64,000 nucleotides of DNA from the human T2T-CHM13v2.0 reference genome, Homo sapiens. The position numbers and the translations under genes are program-made. The DNA is taken from NCBI RefSeq assembly GCF_009914755.1, contig NC_060942.1, one strand, 5' to 3'. The notes under the pieces were generated by a model that saw nothing but the letters and a program-made list of their open reading frames with translations, ran no database searches and was not told where the DNA came from. Every line of letters starts with the position of its first letter. The stretch's first letter is position 1. Shown in pieces: positions 12,600-35,666 of this stretch.

Positions 12600-13691
12600 T
12601 GCATTCAGTCTTTACTGAAAGGTAAGGATAGGGCAGCAGAGTAGAGAGATTTCCCAAAGCACTGAAATCCAGGCAAGGGCTTCGGAGTGAGAACTCCCCG
12701 GGGACTCCAAAAAAGCTGATTGCTGAGTTATAAAGCTGAGAGAGATCTCTTGTAGTTCAGAAGGTTAGTGGCTGACTATGCAGCATAAAGATAAGTACAT
12801 CATCCCAGTGGTGTTCAGATCCTAAGCTCGGCTTAGGGAAAGTTCTGTTCTCACCATAAAACATTTGAAGTCAGTGGTAGGCTGAATCATTCTAAAGCTG
12901 CAACAAGACGAAACCCAGCTTAATTGGATATTAGAGTGAATCAGCCTCATACTTACAGTCTGAGAGAAAAAGTTGTATGATCTTATCTTGGGGTAAACAT
13001 TATTCCTTCCAGGCTCTTTTTTTTTTCATACAATGTCTGGCTTACAAAAAAATAAAAATAAGTAACCAAGAAACAAAGAAGCAGAAAAATAAGACCTATA
13101 ACCTAGCATATAAAACAATCAACAGAAGCAGAACCACAGAAGACCCTGATGTTGGAATTAGCAGTCAAAGGTTTTAAAATAACTGTAATAAATATGTTTA
13201 TAAATATCTAGTGGAAGTGGTGAACAATTTGCATAAACAAATGGAAAATTTCATTGAAGTGGAAACTAGATAAAAGAACTGAATGGAAACATAAGTGCTG
13301 AAAAATATAAGACATAAAGAGTTTATGTGATGAACTTAACAGCAGACTGGACATAGCAAAAGACAAGATCAGTGAACACAAAGTTTAATAAAAAATAACC
13401 AAACTGAAATACAAAGAAATAAAATAAATCAAATTACCGAGCAGAGAACTCACTACATGCATGGATATTTTAAATAATATAACATATGGGAAATGAAAGA
13501 GAGAAGAGAGTGGGGCAGAAAAAAATTAAACTTATAATAGCCAAGAATTTTCCAAAATTGACCAAAGACATCAACCCTCAGGTCCAAGAAGTTTAGTACT
13601 CCTGAGGCAGAATAAGTATAAGTAAAACACACTTATATATCTCATAGTTAAAAGGCTGAAAATCAAGGATAAAAGGGAAAATCATAAAAGC
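12600..13691 (+). mobile_element. Old L1M (L1ME/MC-like) 5'UTR-ORF1 fragment, left part
   Basis: A-rich ORF1-like sequence (ACAGCAGACTGGACATAGCAAAAGACAAGATCAGTGAAC; GCCAAGAATTTTCCAAAATTG) ending at the IVK..K.KDK..I.KA motif; resumes after 22334. 5' boundary approximate. Confidence 0.65.
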
Positions 13692-13764
13692 ATTTAGAAG
13701 GGGTCAGAAAACTGTAGTCTGCAGGCTAGATGTGGCTCAGAAACTGATTTTTTAACAGCCCACA

Positions 13765-14529
<765 letters not shown>

Positions 14530-15762
14530 CTAGGCAATTAGCTGTGGCAGTGTTCCAGAAATTAACTGTTCAAGCTACCAGGTGGGGCAAAAGCCCCTCG
14601 TAAATGCCAGCTGCTTGTGGCTAGCTGACCCTGTGGTTGGGGCTCTAGGGATTTTCCCAGGAGATGATGAGATGCTTTTTTCTTGGGGAATCTCCCTTCA
14701 TTTCCCATCATGACACCAGCTGTCTACCATGCTTCGCTGGTGCAAGGAAAGTGACAACTGAAAAGTCACTGAACTTCAGAACTGGGTAGGTCAACCAGAG
14801 TGCATCCAGAAACCCTCTGTCTCCTCTGCGTTGTGTCACTTGGGCTCTGCTCTGGACCTAGCTGCTTGTGATACCATCTGTGTGTACACCATCTGTGGCA
14901 CCACTTGGACTCTCCTCTGTTTGGACTTAGTTGCTCATGGGGCTTTCTGAGGCTTTAGAGTTTTTACCTAGTCCCCTTGGTGGGGATCAGTTTGAGATCA
15001 GGCTGTCTGAACATATAGCTGTATGTGTGTGGCATCTATATTTGGGCCCTTATCTCTCTTTTTCTCATCCTCTATTTCTCTCTTTCACTTGAAAGTGACT
15101 CACACAGCCTCTGCTCAATCCAGGAATCTGGCCTTGAAGGAGAACGACTTCCATCTCCCTGGCTTTTGGTTCAGTTGTCCTTCCTGGGACCCCAGAGTAC
15201 TTCTTACAACTATGCCAGACCTTGTCGGGGAGGAAAGCATCAGAACTCTTTGGCAGATTTTTCTAAGCAGGGCCGTCTCTCTGCTTGTGTTTCTCAATGC
15301 TGTTTATGTGAGGAAAAGACTGAAAACACCTGGGCTAAATCCTTGAACAGTCCCAACTCCAATCCTTTAACCCTTTTTGTCTTCCTGGTTCATCATTTTA
15401 TTAGCTGTCATTCTGTTACTGTTTACCAGGGTGGTGAATACAGCAGAACCTGAGTTTGGGGAAAGGTCAAGGTATCAAAATAAGCTGTGCTAGTTATTGC
15501 CACTCACCAACTTGCTCAGAGAGCTCATTCTTTGACATCCTTGACTGTCAGCTGTGGTGAGATTTGCACAAACATGCCTATTGGCATTGTGCATGATGTT
15601 ATATAAACTGGAAGTGAAATTTCAGGAGAATCCGTCTGACTTCTGGTGATCTAGTTACACAAGACAACTGGTACAGGTGCAGAAGTAAGAGAGAAAACAG
15701 ATGTTGTCATTGTAGATTTGGTTGACAGAGACAATTGGTACAGGTACAAAAACAGGGCCAAG

Positions 15763-17757
<1,995 letters not shown>

Positions 17758-18110
17758 GGATACCCAGAGGCGCCCCTAAATCTCTAGAGCCAATTAAAAT
17801 TTCCCCACAGTAGTTCTGGGTACAACAGACAGTGGGGAAGAAATGGATTGATTTTTTTTTTGTCAACTGGGGTGTGACTTATTCAGTTCTTAACACCCCA
17901 GAAAGAAGAAGCACAGAGGTGACTGTACCTGTGACAGGAGTTACAGGGAGAATACAATAAAAAACTTTCTGACAGCCTTTAGAATGTCAATTGGGAAACC
18001 TGAAATTGACACACAGGTTCCTCTATATGCCAGAATGCCCCATATCTCTAACTGGGACAAGACCTGCTATGTAAGTGAAATACTCGAGTGACTTTTTTCC
18101 TAGAAAAAAT
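17758..18110 (+). pseudogene. pro: ERV protease, disrupted
   Basis: TVGKKWIDF..., frameshifted catalytic DTG region followed by TYSVL, and THRFLYMPECP...GQDLLCK. Confidence 0.75.
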
Positions 18111-18229
18111 AGCAGTTACGCCTGCAGGTCCCAGGTGAGAATGCACTGTGACGTGCAGATGCTGCTCACTTACCCTGAGAAGAAAGAGAAAGAGAGCTTT
18201 CCCCTAGAGGTCTAAAAGAGACTGACAAG

Positions 18230-21360
<3,131 letters not shown>

Positions 21361-21361
21361 C

Positions 21362-21600
21362 AGTGTGGTTGATACTCTTCTCCTTGTCCTCTTTGGCTGC
21401 TGTGAATTTTGCTGCTGGTGTACACTTTACATGGGGATACATAACAGACTTTCTCAAAAACAAAAAAGGTCCTCACACCACAATGCTCCAATAAGTTTCT
21501 GCTATGAGTCTGTGAAGCTGGGAATATTTCCAACTCCAATGAAATAGATTTCATTCTAGTACCCCCTAAGTACACCCCTTTTCAGCAAGAAGTAGACAAA
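21362..21600 (+). pseudogene. env: env remnant (TM end/cytoplasmic tail only)
   Basis: LLLVLFGCCEFCCWC hydrophobic/Cys stub, then CCCCTTTTCAGCAAGAAGTAG typical of class I env 3' ends; about 300 bp between IN and the 3' LTR. Confidence 0.5.
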
Positions 21601-21655
21601 CTGACTCTGTCACCCACTTTCCATAGAAATGGAATAGAATTTGAAAGTGTGGACT

Positions 21656-22194
21656 TATAACCAAGTAGCCTAGCTTCAAAATGCATTTTGAAACTGTTTT
21701 CCTTTCTTGATTTTAGCATTGAAACATACTTTAAAAACTCTTTGTTCCCCTACCTTCCCACCAGACACTCCCTTGTACTGCTAGTTTGTCTACTTTCATG
21801 GTTAATCGGAAGTTTCAGGGACTAATCTTGAGAAAAACCAGGTATAGAGACACAGCTGCAAAATTCCAGAGATTACCTCAAAGTGGTTAGTTTATAATCT
21901 GGCCATTGTTGAGATGACACCTGCCTGTACCCCAGGTGGACCATGACTCAAGGTAGCCACTGGAACAAGACATGCAGACCTCGTACCCAGCACCACTCCT
22001 TCATGCTTCTCACTCCAAGTTCCCCTTTTTGAGCCCCTCTCTCCAGCCTGAAGTTTGGAATGGCCTTCTAAGGGAATAAGCCTGGCCATTTCTCAACTGC
22101 TAGCATTTGAATAAAATTGCTTCATTTCACCACACCTTGCTTGTTGAGTTTTCGGCTTCTGAGCAGTAAGCGCCTGAACTTGCATGTGGTTACA
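21656..22194 (+). repeat. 3' LTR
   Basis: TATAACCAAGTAGCC...GTGGTTACA; AATAAA at 22110-22115; preceded by a degenerate purine tract. Confidence 0.92.
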
Positions 22195-22334
22195 CACAGT
22201 TTAAGAATTTTTTAATATCATTATTATATAAATATTTACATAATGGTCTCAATTTTTTATCTTAGTCTAAAAAGCTGAAATTATTTACTGTCTTCCCAAT
22301 TACAGTAAAAAGTTTGGCAACTGTTGATCTAGAA

Positions 22335-22465
22335 AAATAAGAAATAATATGTTTAGGGGAGCAATATTAAGGTTAGTAGAATTCTCATAAAGATAAGGCT
22401 AGAGTCAATGGATAAACACCTTTAAAGTGCTGAAGAAGGAAAATACATAACTGTCAACCAAGCTC
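22335..22465 (+). mobile_element. Old L1M ORF1 fragment, right part (continues 12600-13691)
   Basis: GCTAGAGTCAATGGATAAACACCTTTAAAGTGCTGAAG...CTGTCAACCAAG resembles the ORF1 AR.QW...FKVLK...CQP segment. Confidence 0.6.
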
Positions 22466-23349
22466 TGATATTTTTGTCCTGCTTTGGCATTCATTGCCAT
22501 TTACCCAATTTAGTGTTGTGGAATGCATAGAAGCCAACCCCACATATCGTAATAATTGAACCTAGAAAGATTAAGTTAAACAGTGACAAACATAAGACCA
22601 ATAGTTGAATTAAAACAATAACAAAAAATTCCCACAAAGAAATTAGAGGAGATATGCTTTACAGTAACGTGAATAAGAGGCAGTGCTTTGTAAATCAGGT
22701 CACTTCGCGTTTGCTCCCATCATTGGCTGAGCTGCTGCTAGCAGTGCACATGCTGAATACAACATTAGACTGAAGTCAAGAGGTAGATGTAGAATTGAGT
22801 CATACTTCTACCTCTTCAGTGTTTTTATGACAACTTCTGTCAGTTGTGGTATGCTGCTCTGTAAAATAGAGTTAAAAAATGCCCCCCACCCCTATCTTAC
22901 TTGGTGGATTTGTAAATCAAGGGAACAAGAGTGAAATGAGCAACTGAAAGGGTCTTTGAATACTTCCAAAGTGAAGGTTAAAATATTACTGGAAAAACAA
23001 AATAACCAAAATGCCTATCACCAATAAAAATCAACAAGTGTATTCTTATGCTCCATGGACATAATTATAGAAAAAGGGAGGTGATGATTTTTTCCTACTC
23101 TGTCCTGGTAAGACCACTCCAGAAATGTTGAGTTTTTGAATGTTGCACATCAAGAGAGAAACAGACTATTAGGGACACCTTCAGAAGGTATCGTTGCATA
23201 TAATTCCAAAATTCTTAGGTGTAGAACATTTGAAAGAATGCAGAATTGTTTCTAAGTGAGTAGTAGCCTTGAAGAAAAGAGGTTCAGGGATCCCAAGAGA
23301 CAAAATGGAAAAGCATGGAGTTTTTCCATTCAAATCTGTGTAAACCCTC

Positions 23350-23540
23350 ACATTTGGAATCTTGGCTGAGACACACCTTGTGGTATGGCCCTGATAAAAC
23401 TGACTAAGCTCCTTGAATCTCAGTTTTGGCATTTGTTAAATGGAGATAATATTAACTAACTTATCATGCTGTTGAGAAGATTCAGTGATACTATGTAAGA
23501 TAATACAACCTATAGGCTGCTTTTATATAGAACTTAATCG
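23350..23540 (+). mobile_element. MIR SINE
   Basis: TGAATCTCAGTTTTGGCATTTGTTAAATGGAGATAATA...GTTGAGAAGATTCAGTGA core. Confidence 0.6.
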
Positions 23541-24755
23541 GTATAGAATAATTTTAATTACTTATAAAGTACTTTAAACCATTGAGAGTTATATAGAAAT
23601 GGAATTGGTGCTTCTCTTTGGTTGAGGAATTCAACTATAAGCTTGGCGGAGGGTATTCAAATGTCATTGGATGTAGTTGTACTATATGAAGCTTAAGGGG
23701 CTTTCCAATCTTCAGGTCTTATTTGGACAGTATCAATAAATATCGCTATGCATCAGTTTCTCAACTTTATTTTATTATCATGCAGAGCTTATGTGTATCT
23801 ATACATAGGATGGAGTAGGGGTCAATAATAGAAAGCGTCAGGATAGATTTCTGTATAAGCCTTGTCAGAAGAGAAGAGTAGACTGAGAAGATAAGAGGCT
23901 TAAACAGTCTCTTTTACTGGATGTCAATCAAAATCATTGTTCTTTTCCTCTAAATTTCATAGGTTTTCACAATAACACCAGGTTCTCATTTTAAGAGCAG
24001 AAAAGTTCCATAGATCTTTGTGGAAAGATTTAAATATTTTACTAAATATCAAATGAGCTTTTGGAGTTCTCTAATAAATGCCAGGAGTTATATATTCTTT
24101 GAACTAAGAGACAGGAAACATGCTTCATGGTAGCTCTGTAGACATTTTATTTATGAAAGAAACAAAACAACAGAAGAAACATCTGCAAAAATGACTAGAA
24201 ATTGTCAGACTTGTAGACATGTTGTTCTTTGTCTCATGCTTTAATAATATATGGAAGACCAGCTTACAAGAAAGTTCTCTGTTTAGTATTGTATCAGCAA
24301 CAATGACTGAACTACAAAGGAATGCATAAGGAGAAATGCTCTTAATGGAACACTTGAGGGCTATTTGATAGATCTACCTGGAGAAGGAAAATACATTCTG
24401 GCAAAAGAGATATTGTGATTGTCATGGGCCTGCCAGGAGACTTTTTTCCCCTGAGAAGTTAATGTTTTTCTCTGACTGAGAGGTCCTAATTTTGCATGTT
24501 GATTAAATTAGAATCTACACAAAAGAGGTTTGTTGACATGATTTGCTTTTACCTGTCCTGATTTAGCCATATTTTCTTTCCCTATTTACAACTGCACAGA
24601 TGCTGAAAAAAATGAGGCCTAAAATTTTGGGTGTAATCTAAGGCTGACCTCTAGATTCAAAGATTAATTTGAGTCCCTCTGTAGTCAAAACAGCTAAATT
24701 AGGATAACATTGAGTTTTTTCATTGTTTTACTACTGTCTATTACTTTTTGTATTC

Positions 24756-25060
24756 TTTTTTTTTTTTTTTTTTTTGAGACAGGGTCTTGCTCTGTCGTCC
24801 AGACTGGAGTGCCATGGCATGATCTTGGCTCACTTCAACCTCTGCCTCCTGGGTTCACATGATTCTCCCATTTCAACCTCCCAAGTCGCTGAGGTGCAGA
24901 ACACCACGCCTGGCTATTTTATTTTATTTTATTTCATTTTTTGTGGAGATGGGGTCTCTTCACATTGCTCAGGCTGGTCTTGAACTCCTAGACTCAAGCA
25001 ATCCACTCGTCTTGGCCTCCCAAAGTGCTGGGATTGCAGTTGTGAGCCACTATGCTCGGT
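24756..25060 (-). mobile_element. AluJ SINE
   Basis: Poly-T, GAGACAGGGTCTTGCTCTGT, CTCAAGCAATCC J-type features. Confidence 0.9.
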
Positions 25061-25479
25061 CATCATTTAATCGTCTGTTTGATGAAAGAAAATGCCACAA
25101 AAATGTCCAGCCATTTTTCCATGTCTCCTTCCCCATTCCTTCCCTACCTTCTCAACACAATCCAATTTCCATTCCCATTTGGCTCATGGGAAACAGCTTT
25201 CTAGGAATTGAGAAGCAAATCTGCCCATGACTCATATTCTTCATACCTGCCTCTGTGCCTGGCTCACTACTGCCTTTGCACTCAGGGAAAAGATTTCTTG
25301 GGAGAACTTCATTCAGGTCGGGTCAGCTCCTCAGGAAAACAGACCTAAACCTGAATTCAGGTCATCTTCATTTTTAATTCAGGTCATCTTCATTTTTAAT
25401 CTGAACTTGCCTACTGCTGTCATTTTTTCATCTGCTTTTGTAAACTGATCCCCCTACCCCAAAAGTAGCATCTCTTTAT

Positions 25480-25515
25480 TGTTTTTTTTGTTGTTGTTGT
25501 TTTGTATTTTTCTTT

Positions 25516-25564
<49 letters not shown>

Positions 25565-25796
25565 CAGGGTCTCGCTCTGTCACCCAGGTTGGATTGCAGT
25601 GGAGTGGTCTTGACTCACTCAGCACGCTGTGTCTCAGCAAGCTGGGAAGATTTTGTCTGTTTGTTTGTTTGTTTTTAGTAGAGACTGGTTTTCACCATGT
25701 TGGCCAGGCTGCTCTCAAACTCTTGGCCTCAAATGATCCACCCACCTCAGCTTCCTAAAGTGTTGGGATTATAGGCGTGAGACGCCATGCCCAGAC
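25480..25796 (-). mobile_element. AluJ-like SINE with right-arm deletions and microsatellite tail
   Basis: GACAGGGTCTCGCTCTGTCACCCAGG...GGCCTCAAATGATCCACCCACCTCAGC; right arm shortened. Confidence 0.8.
25520..25563. repeat. (TG)22 microsatellite
   Basis: Perfect dinucleotide run in the Alu tail. Confidence 0.97.
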
Positions 25797-25849
25797 AATT
25801 TCTTTTACTCTTTGAAGTGCTTTTTCTCCTGTCTCGGTCATGACACTTT

Positions 25850-27060
<1,211 letters not shown>

Positions 27061-28115
27061 TAAAACATGACATTTTGCCAGGCCATTTTTCTCCTACTCA
27101 CTAATATTTGCCCATGGAAATGGCTTAGTAAGGTGTTGTCATGATAGCTTTAACCGTATAAAATTACCAACTCCATCATTTACTTTTACATTCAATTAAT
27201 TTGTTTCCCAGTGCAGAGCATGTGCCTTTTGTTGCTTATAGATTTGTTTTAATATATTCTCTCTTCTTTTTTGAGTTTCTGTCTGCAGAATAAACCATTT
27301 TAAGAATATTTAAGAATATGGATTAGAAAACATGTGAAAGTAAGGGTGGGTAAATGCTGGATGAAAAATAAGTTGTTTTGTGAAGATTGCTGTGAAAACC
27401 AGAAGCTACCCAAATAACTTCTATATAGTAAACCAAAAGGGAAGACTATCAGAAATATGGAGAAAAAATACTCGGAAACACAAGTGACAATGATAATGGG
27501 CCACATGTTCAGGGTTCCACCTGCAGGGAAGGGAAGGACTGTATTTCTTATCCAATGAGGTCTCATCTAATGAGGAAACTTGTGTCTGGCAATTTGGATG
27601 GTCATCTTTTTATGTTGGCTTTAGGCTACACTGTGGCTCCATAAAATGTTACAGTAAAAAGAGAAAATCCAGGACTCTGAGTACTGAGAAAGTTCACATT
27701 GAATTCAGATTTCCTATTTCCTGTAAGAAAAATTTAGAAAGGCTAAAATATTTCCTGATTTGGAAAGGTGGCAACCACTTGATGTAATACTTCATGTAAA
27801 TAGTGTGTAGGGTAGATGGCAATGATGATGATAGTGATAATAACGGTGATGAGGATGGTAGTAATAATAATTGCATCGCTCTATAACGTTTTGATTTTTC
27901 TTTTTTTTATTATACTTTAAGTTTTAGGGTACATGTACACAACGTGAAGGTTAGTTACATATGTATATATGTGCCATGTTGGTGTGCTGCACCCATTAAC
28001 TCGTCATTTAACATTAGGTATATCTCCTAATGCTATCCCTCCCCCCTCCCCCCTCACTCCACAACAGGCCCCAGTGTGTGATGTTCCCCTTCCTGTGTCC
28101 ATGTGTTCTCATTGT

Positions 28116-31942
<3,827 letters not shown>

Positions 31943-32005
31943 TATGATGTTAGCTGGTTATTTTGCTCGTTAGTTGATGCAGTTTCTTCCTAGCCTCAGT
32001 GGTCT

Positions 32006-32478
32006 TTACAATTTGGCATGTTTTTGCAGTGGCTGGTACCAGTTTTTCCTTTCCATGTTTAGTGCTTCCTTTAGGAGCTCCTTTAGGGCAGGCCTGGTGG
32101 TGACAAAATCTCTCAGCATTTGCTTGTCTGTAAAGGATTTTATTTCTCCTTCACTTAAGAAGTTTAGTTTGGCTGGATATGAAATTCTGGGTTGAAAATT
32201 CTTTTCTTTAAGAATGTTGAATATTGGCCCCCACTCTCTTCTGGCTTGTAGAGTTTCTGCCGAGAGATCCGCTGTTAGTCTGATGGGCTTCCCTTTGTGG
32301 CTAACCTGACCTTTCTCTCTGGCTGCCCTTAACATTTTTTCCTTCATTTCAACTTTGGTGAATCTGACAATTATGATTCTTGGAGTTGCTCTTCTTGAGG
32401 AGTATCTTTGTGGCATTCTCTGTATTTCCTGAATTTGAATGTTGGCCTGCCTTGCTAGATTGGGGAAGTTCTCCTGGG
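32006..32478 (-). pseudogene. L1 ORF1 C-terminal half (open frame)
   Basis: QENFPNLARQANIQIQEIQR...ARREWGPIFNILKEKNFQPRISYPAKL...PLQKHAKL. Confidence 0.93.
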
Positions 32479-32579
32479 CATTTTGATTTTTCAAAGCATT
32501 TTCACATACATTGCCACCAGAATCTACAAGAATCAAGCAAGATTGCAAAATAAATCTTTATTGCCCATGTTTCTTCAAA

Positions 32580-33205
32580 GTTTTTAGTGAAGCATAACAT
32601 GTATACAAAAAAAATTCACATAAGTGCATAGTTCGATGGTTTTTCACATATTGAATATTCCATGTCAACAGCTCAAGGAGCATATCATTACTAGCTTCCC
32701 ATGTGTCCTTCTTTATGCTCAGCTAATCACTAAAACCTTCAACATACCAGGTAGTCACATTCCTGGCTCTTCATGCCATAGCTTAGTTTTGACTGTTCTT
32801 AAGCTACAAACAAATAAAACCATGCAGTATGTACTTTTTCTGTGTTTGACTTCTTTCACTTCATGTTTGTGAGATTTATCCCTAATCCTCAATGCTGCAT
32901 TCCATTGTGTGAATAAACCATATTTATGTATCCATTCTAGTGACATTTGGATTGTTTCCAGTTTATCGTTATTATAAATAGTATTGCTAGGAATTTTTTT
33001 TTTTACATTTTTTAGGGGTACATACCTAGGAGGAAAGTCACTATGTCGTGATGGACTATGTACATGTGTTTCAATTTAGAATAAGCTACCCCAAACAGTT
33101 ATCAAAAGGGGATGATTCAATCTCCCACTAGCAATATATGAAACTTTTGACTTCCTCCAATCCTCATGAAACATTTCATATTTTCTGTGTTGTTAATTCA
33201 TTTTG
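32580..33205 (-). mobile_element. L1ME-like LINE 3' end
   Basis: TTTAGTGAAGCATAACATGTATAC...CATTTGGATTGTTTCCAGTTT antisense old-L1 3' motifs. Confidence 0.6.
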
Positions 33206-33377
33206 AAAATGGAGACTGAGGAGCACTATCATAAGAAAAGCCTAGAGCACAAGCCTACTGACGCAGTGTTAACACAATATGCTTTTACTAAACCAAATAC
33301 AATATTGCATCACTTGGCAAGGAAGGCTAAGGTATCAGTAGCACAGAGCATAACAAAAATTACCAAAATATAAACAT

Positions 33378-35546
33378 TTCTGGTTTTAGCAGTGACATGC
33401 AAAGAGCTTGGAAGTTGTTGTTCCCATCCTTACAATAACAAAAAGCTGCAAAAACTGAAAAAAAAAAATCAATGTCTTCTCTTAGACCCATTGGAGAACT
33501 GAGATCACAGGGGAAGCTGTCATCCTGAAATCCTGAAATACAGATGAATCCAGACAGTCCCAGCTGAGATCTGTTTATCTGAAGACAAAGCCATTGGAGC
33601 TATAACCTAGTGAGAACATGTAAATAATTTTGATGAATAGCTAGGGGCTGAATGTGAAGTAACATAAGAGTAAGAAACTTCTGCAGCCCCCCTCCCACTG
33701 TCCTGGGTCCTCCTCCAGGAACCCTGCCAGGTTTCCGTGAGGAGGAACTGGAGAAAGGGATTCTTTTCAACTCCAGCTCCCCTCTAGCCTTCTTGGGTAG
33801 AGACTAGGTGAGACTGGGCTTTAAGGCAATAGGTCTACAGTACTGCCGGCAGAGAAAAGAGTAGGTATAAGGGTGAGGGAAAAAGCTATATCACTGAAGG
33901 AGGAATACTAACACATATGGTCACAGCCCTGAAACAGGCCTATTAAAAGACCGATTCTTGGCCAAAAGACTTCCCCAACTTCCACCCCTAACCACCACAC
34001 CAATAAGGGTCCAATATAATATGCAATATAGCTAGAAGAGCTCCAAGATATAGACTGTCTCCAAGGAGAAAGGTATGGGAAAGCCCCAAGTTTAAGAAAC
34101 ACAAAAGCAAACACACTGGAACTTAAAGTCTGGTAAGTGTAATTACAACAAACAAACACAGACCAATTTCTACCTAGATTAAGATAGATCCTCACACTGA
34201 AGGCCTATTTACCTAATTTCCTGTCTTATACAATACGTCCAACTTTCAACAAAAAAAATTCAATCTATTCTAAAAGGCAAGAAAAAGCACAATCTGAAGA
34301 GATGAAGTAAGTATCAATCAAATTTAAGTATAACACAGATGTCGGAATGATATGACAGGAAATTTAAAATAATAATGTTAAGGGCTGTAATGGAAAGAGT
34401 AGACAACATGAAGAAACAGATGGGTAATAGGAGCAGAGAAATAAAAATTTCCAACCTAAGTAGAAATTCTAAGAATCAAAAGGAAATTCTAGGAATAAAC
34501 ACTAACAGAAATAAGGAGTGCCTTTGATGGACTCATTAGTACACCAGGCCAAGCTAGAATTAGTGGGCCTGAAGATAGGTCATTTGGAATTTGAAATTTA
34601 AAAAATTTTAAGAGTACCATATAATTATTTGTAATCATCAAAAACTGGAAGCAACCAAGATGTCCTCCAATAGATGAATAAACTTTTACATACCTTCAAA
34701 AGAATACCATAGAGAATGAATCTTAAATGTACACTGCAAAGTAAAATAAACCACTCTGAAAAGACAATATGTTGTATGATTATGATTATACGGAATTCTG
34801 GAAAAAGCTATGGAGATAGCAAAGAGATCAGTGGTTGTCAGAAGTGTGAGCAGGGAGGAGGATTGAGTAGATGGAAGCTTGGGATTTTGTTTAGGGTAGT
34901 GAAATGATTCTGTGATGCTGCAATGGTGGGTAAATAAAATTATGCATTTGTCAAAACCCATAGAACCTTACAGAACAAAAAATGAATCTTATTTTATGGA
35001 AATTTTAATTATCATTTAGGAAATTGAGTGATCTCAAGAAGGAATTCAGACTTTGACAAAATAACTATATTGCAAATATACTAAATAACTTAAGTATGTT
35101 GGGAAAACAGTGCTGATCTAAGTAACTTTGGAAATGAGTAGAGACTGTAAGACTTAAGGCAAAAAGAATCATATTTAACCTGGTTCTCTCATTGATAGTT
35201 ATTTCTCATGGGTGCATGGGTTAGCAATTTTGAAATCACTATCCATGTATACTGGAATTGAATAATTAATTATATGGATGACAGAGGTAGGAAACAGATT
35301 TCTCACTGTTGAAGTGGAAACTCATGGATGAGCAATGGGAGAGAGCTAGAATAATATTTGTGGTAATGGATTAGAGATGAAGACATCAGTATGAACTCAT
35401 ATTTTGCTTAATACAGATACAAATGATTACATATATAAATATATATGGATATGCTTATATACAGGACTAGTTTACACATTTGCCACTGTCAGCTGAGGGG
35501 GCCTAGTAGTAATTGCACCCCAGTAGCAATGCACACACTGCCCAGA
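33378..35546 (+). mobile_element. L1MD-like LINE (5'UTR/ORF1 joined to 3' region), left part
   Basis: TTCTGGTTTTAGCAGTGACATG...GAGCTTGGAAGTTG 5' end, A-rich ORF1, then AACTGGAAGCAACCAAGATGTCC and the long MD-type 3'UTR (GCACCCCAGTAGCAATG). Confidence 0.6.
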
Positions 35547-35666
35547 TCTGTTTGCAGATGACATGGTCTTATATATAGAAAACCCTAAAGACTCCCTTGC
35601 AAAACGGCTAGAACTATTGAATAAATTCAGTAAAGTTGCAGGATAGAAAATTAACACATAAAATCA

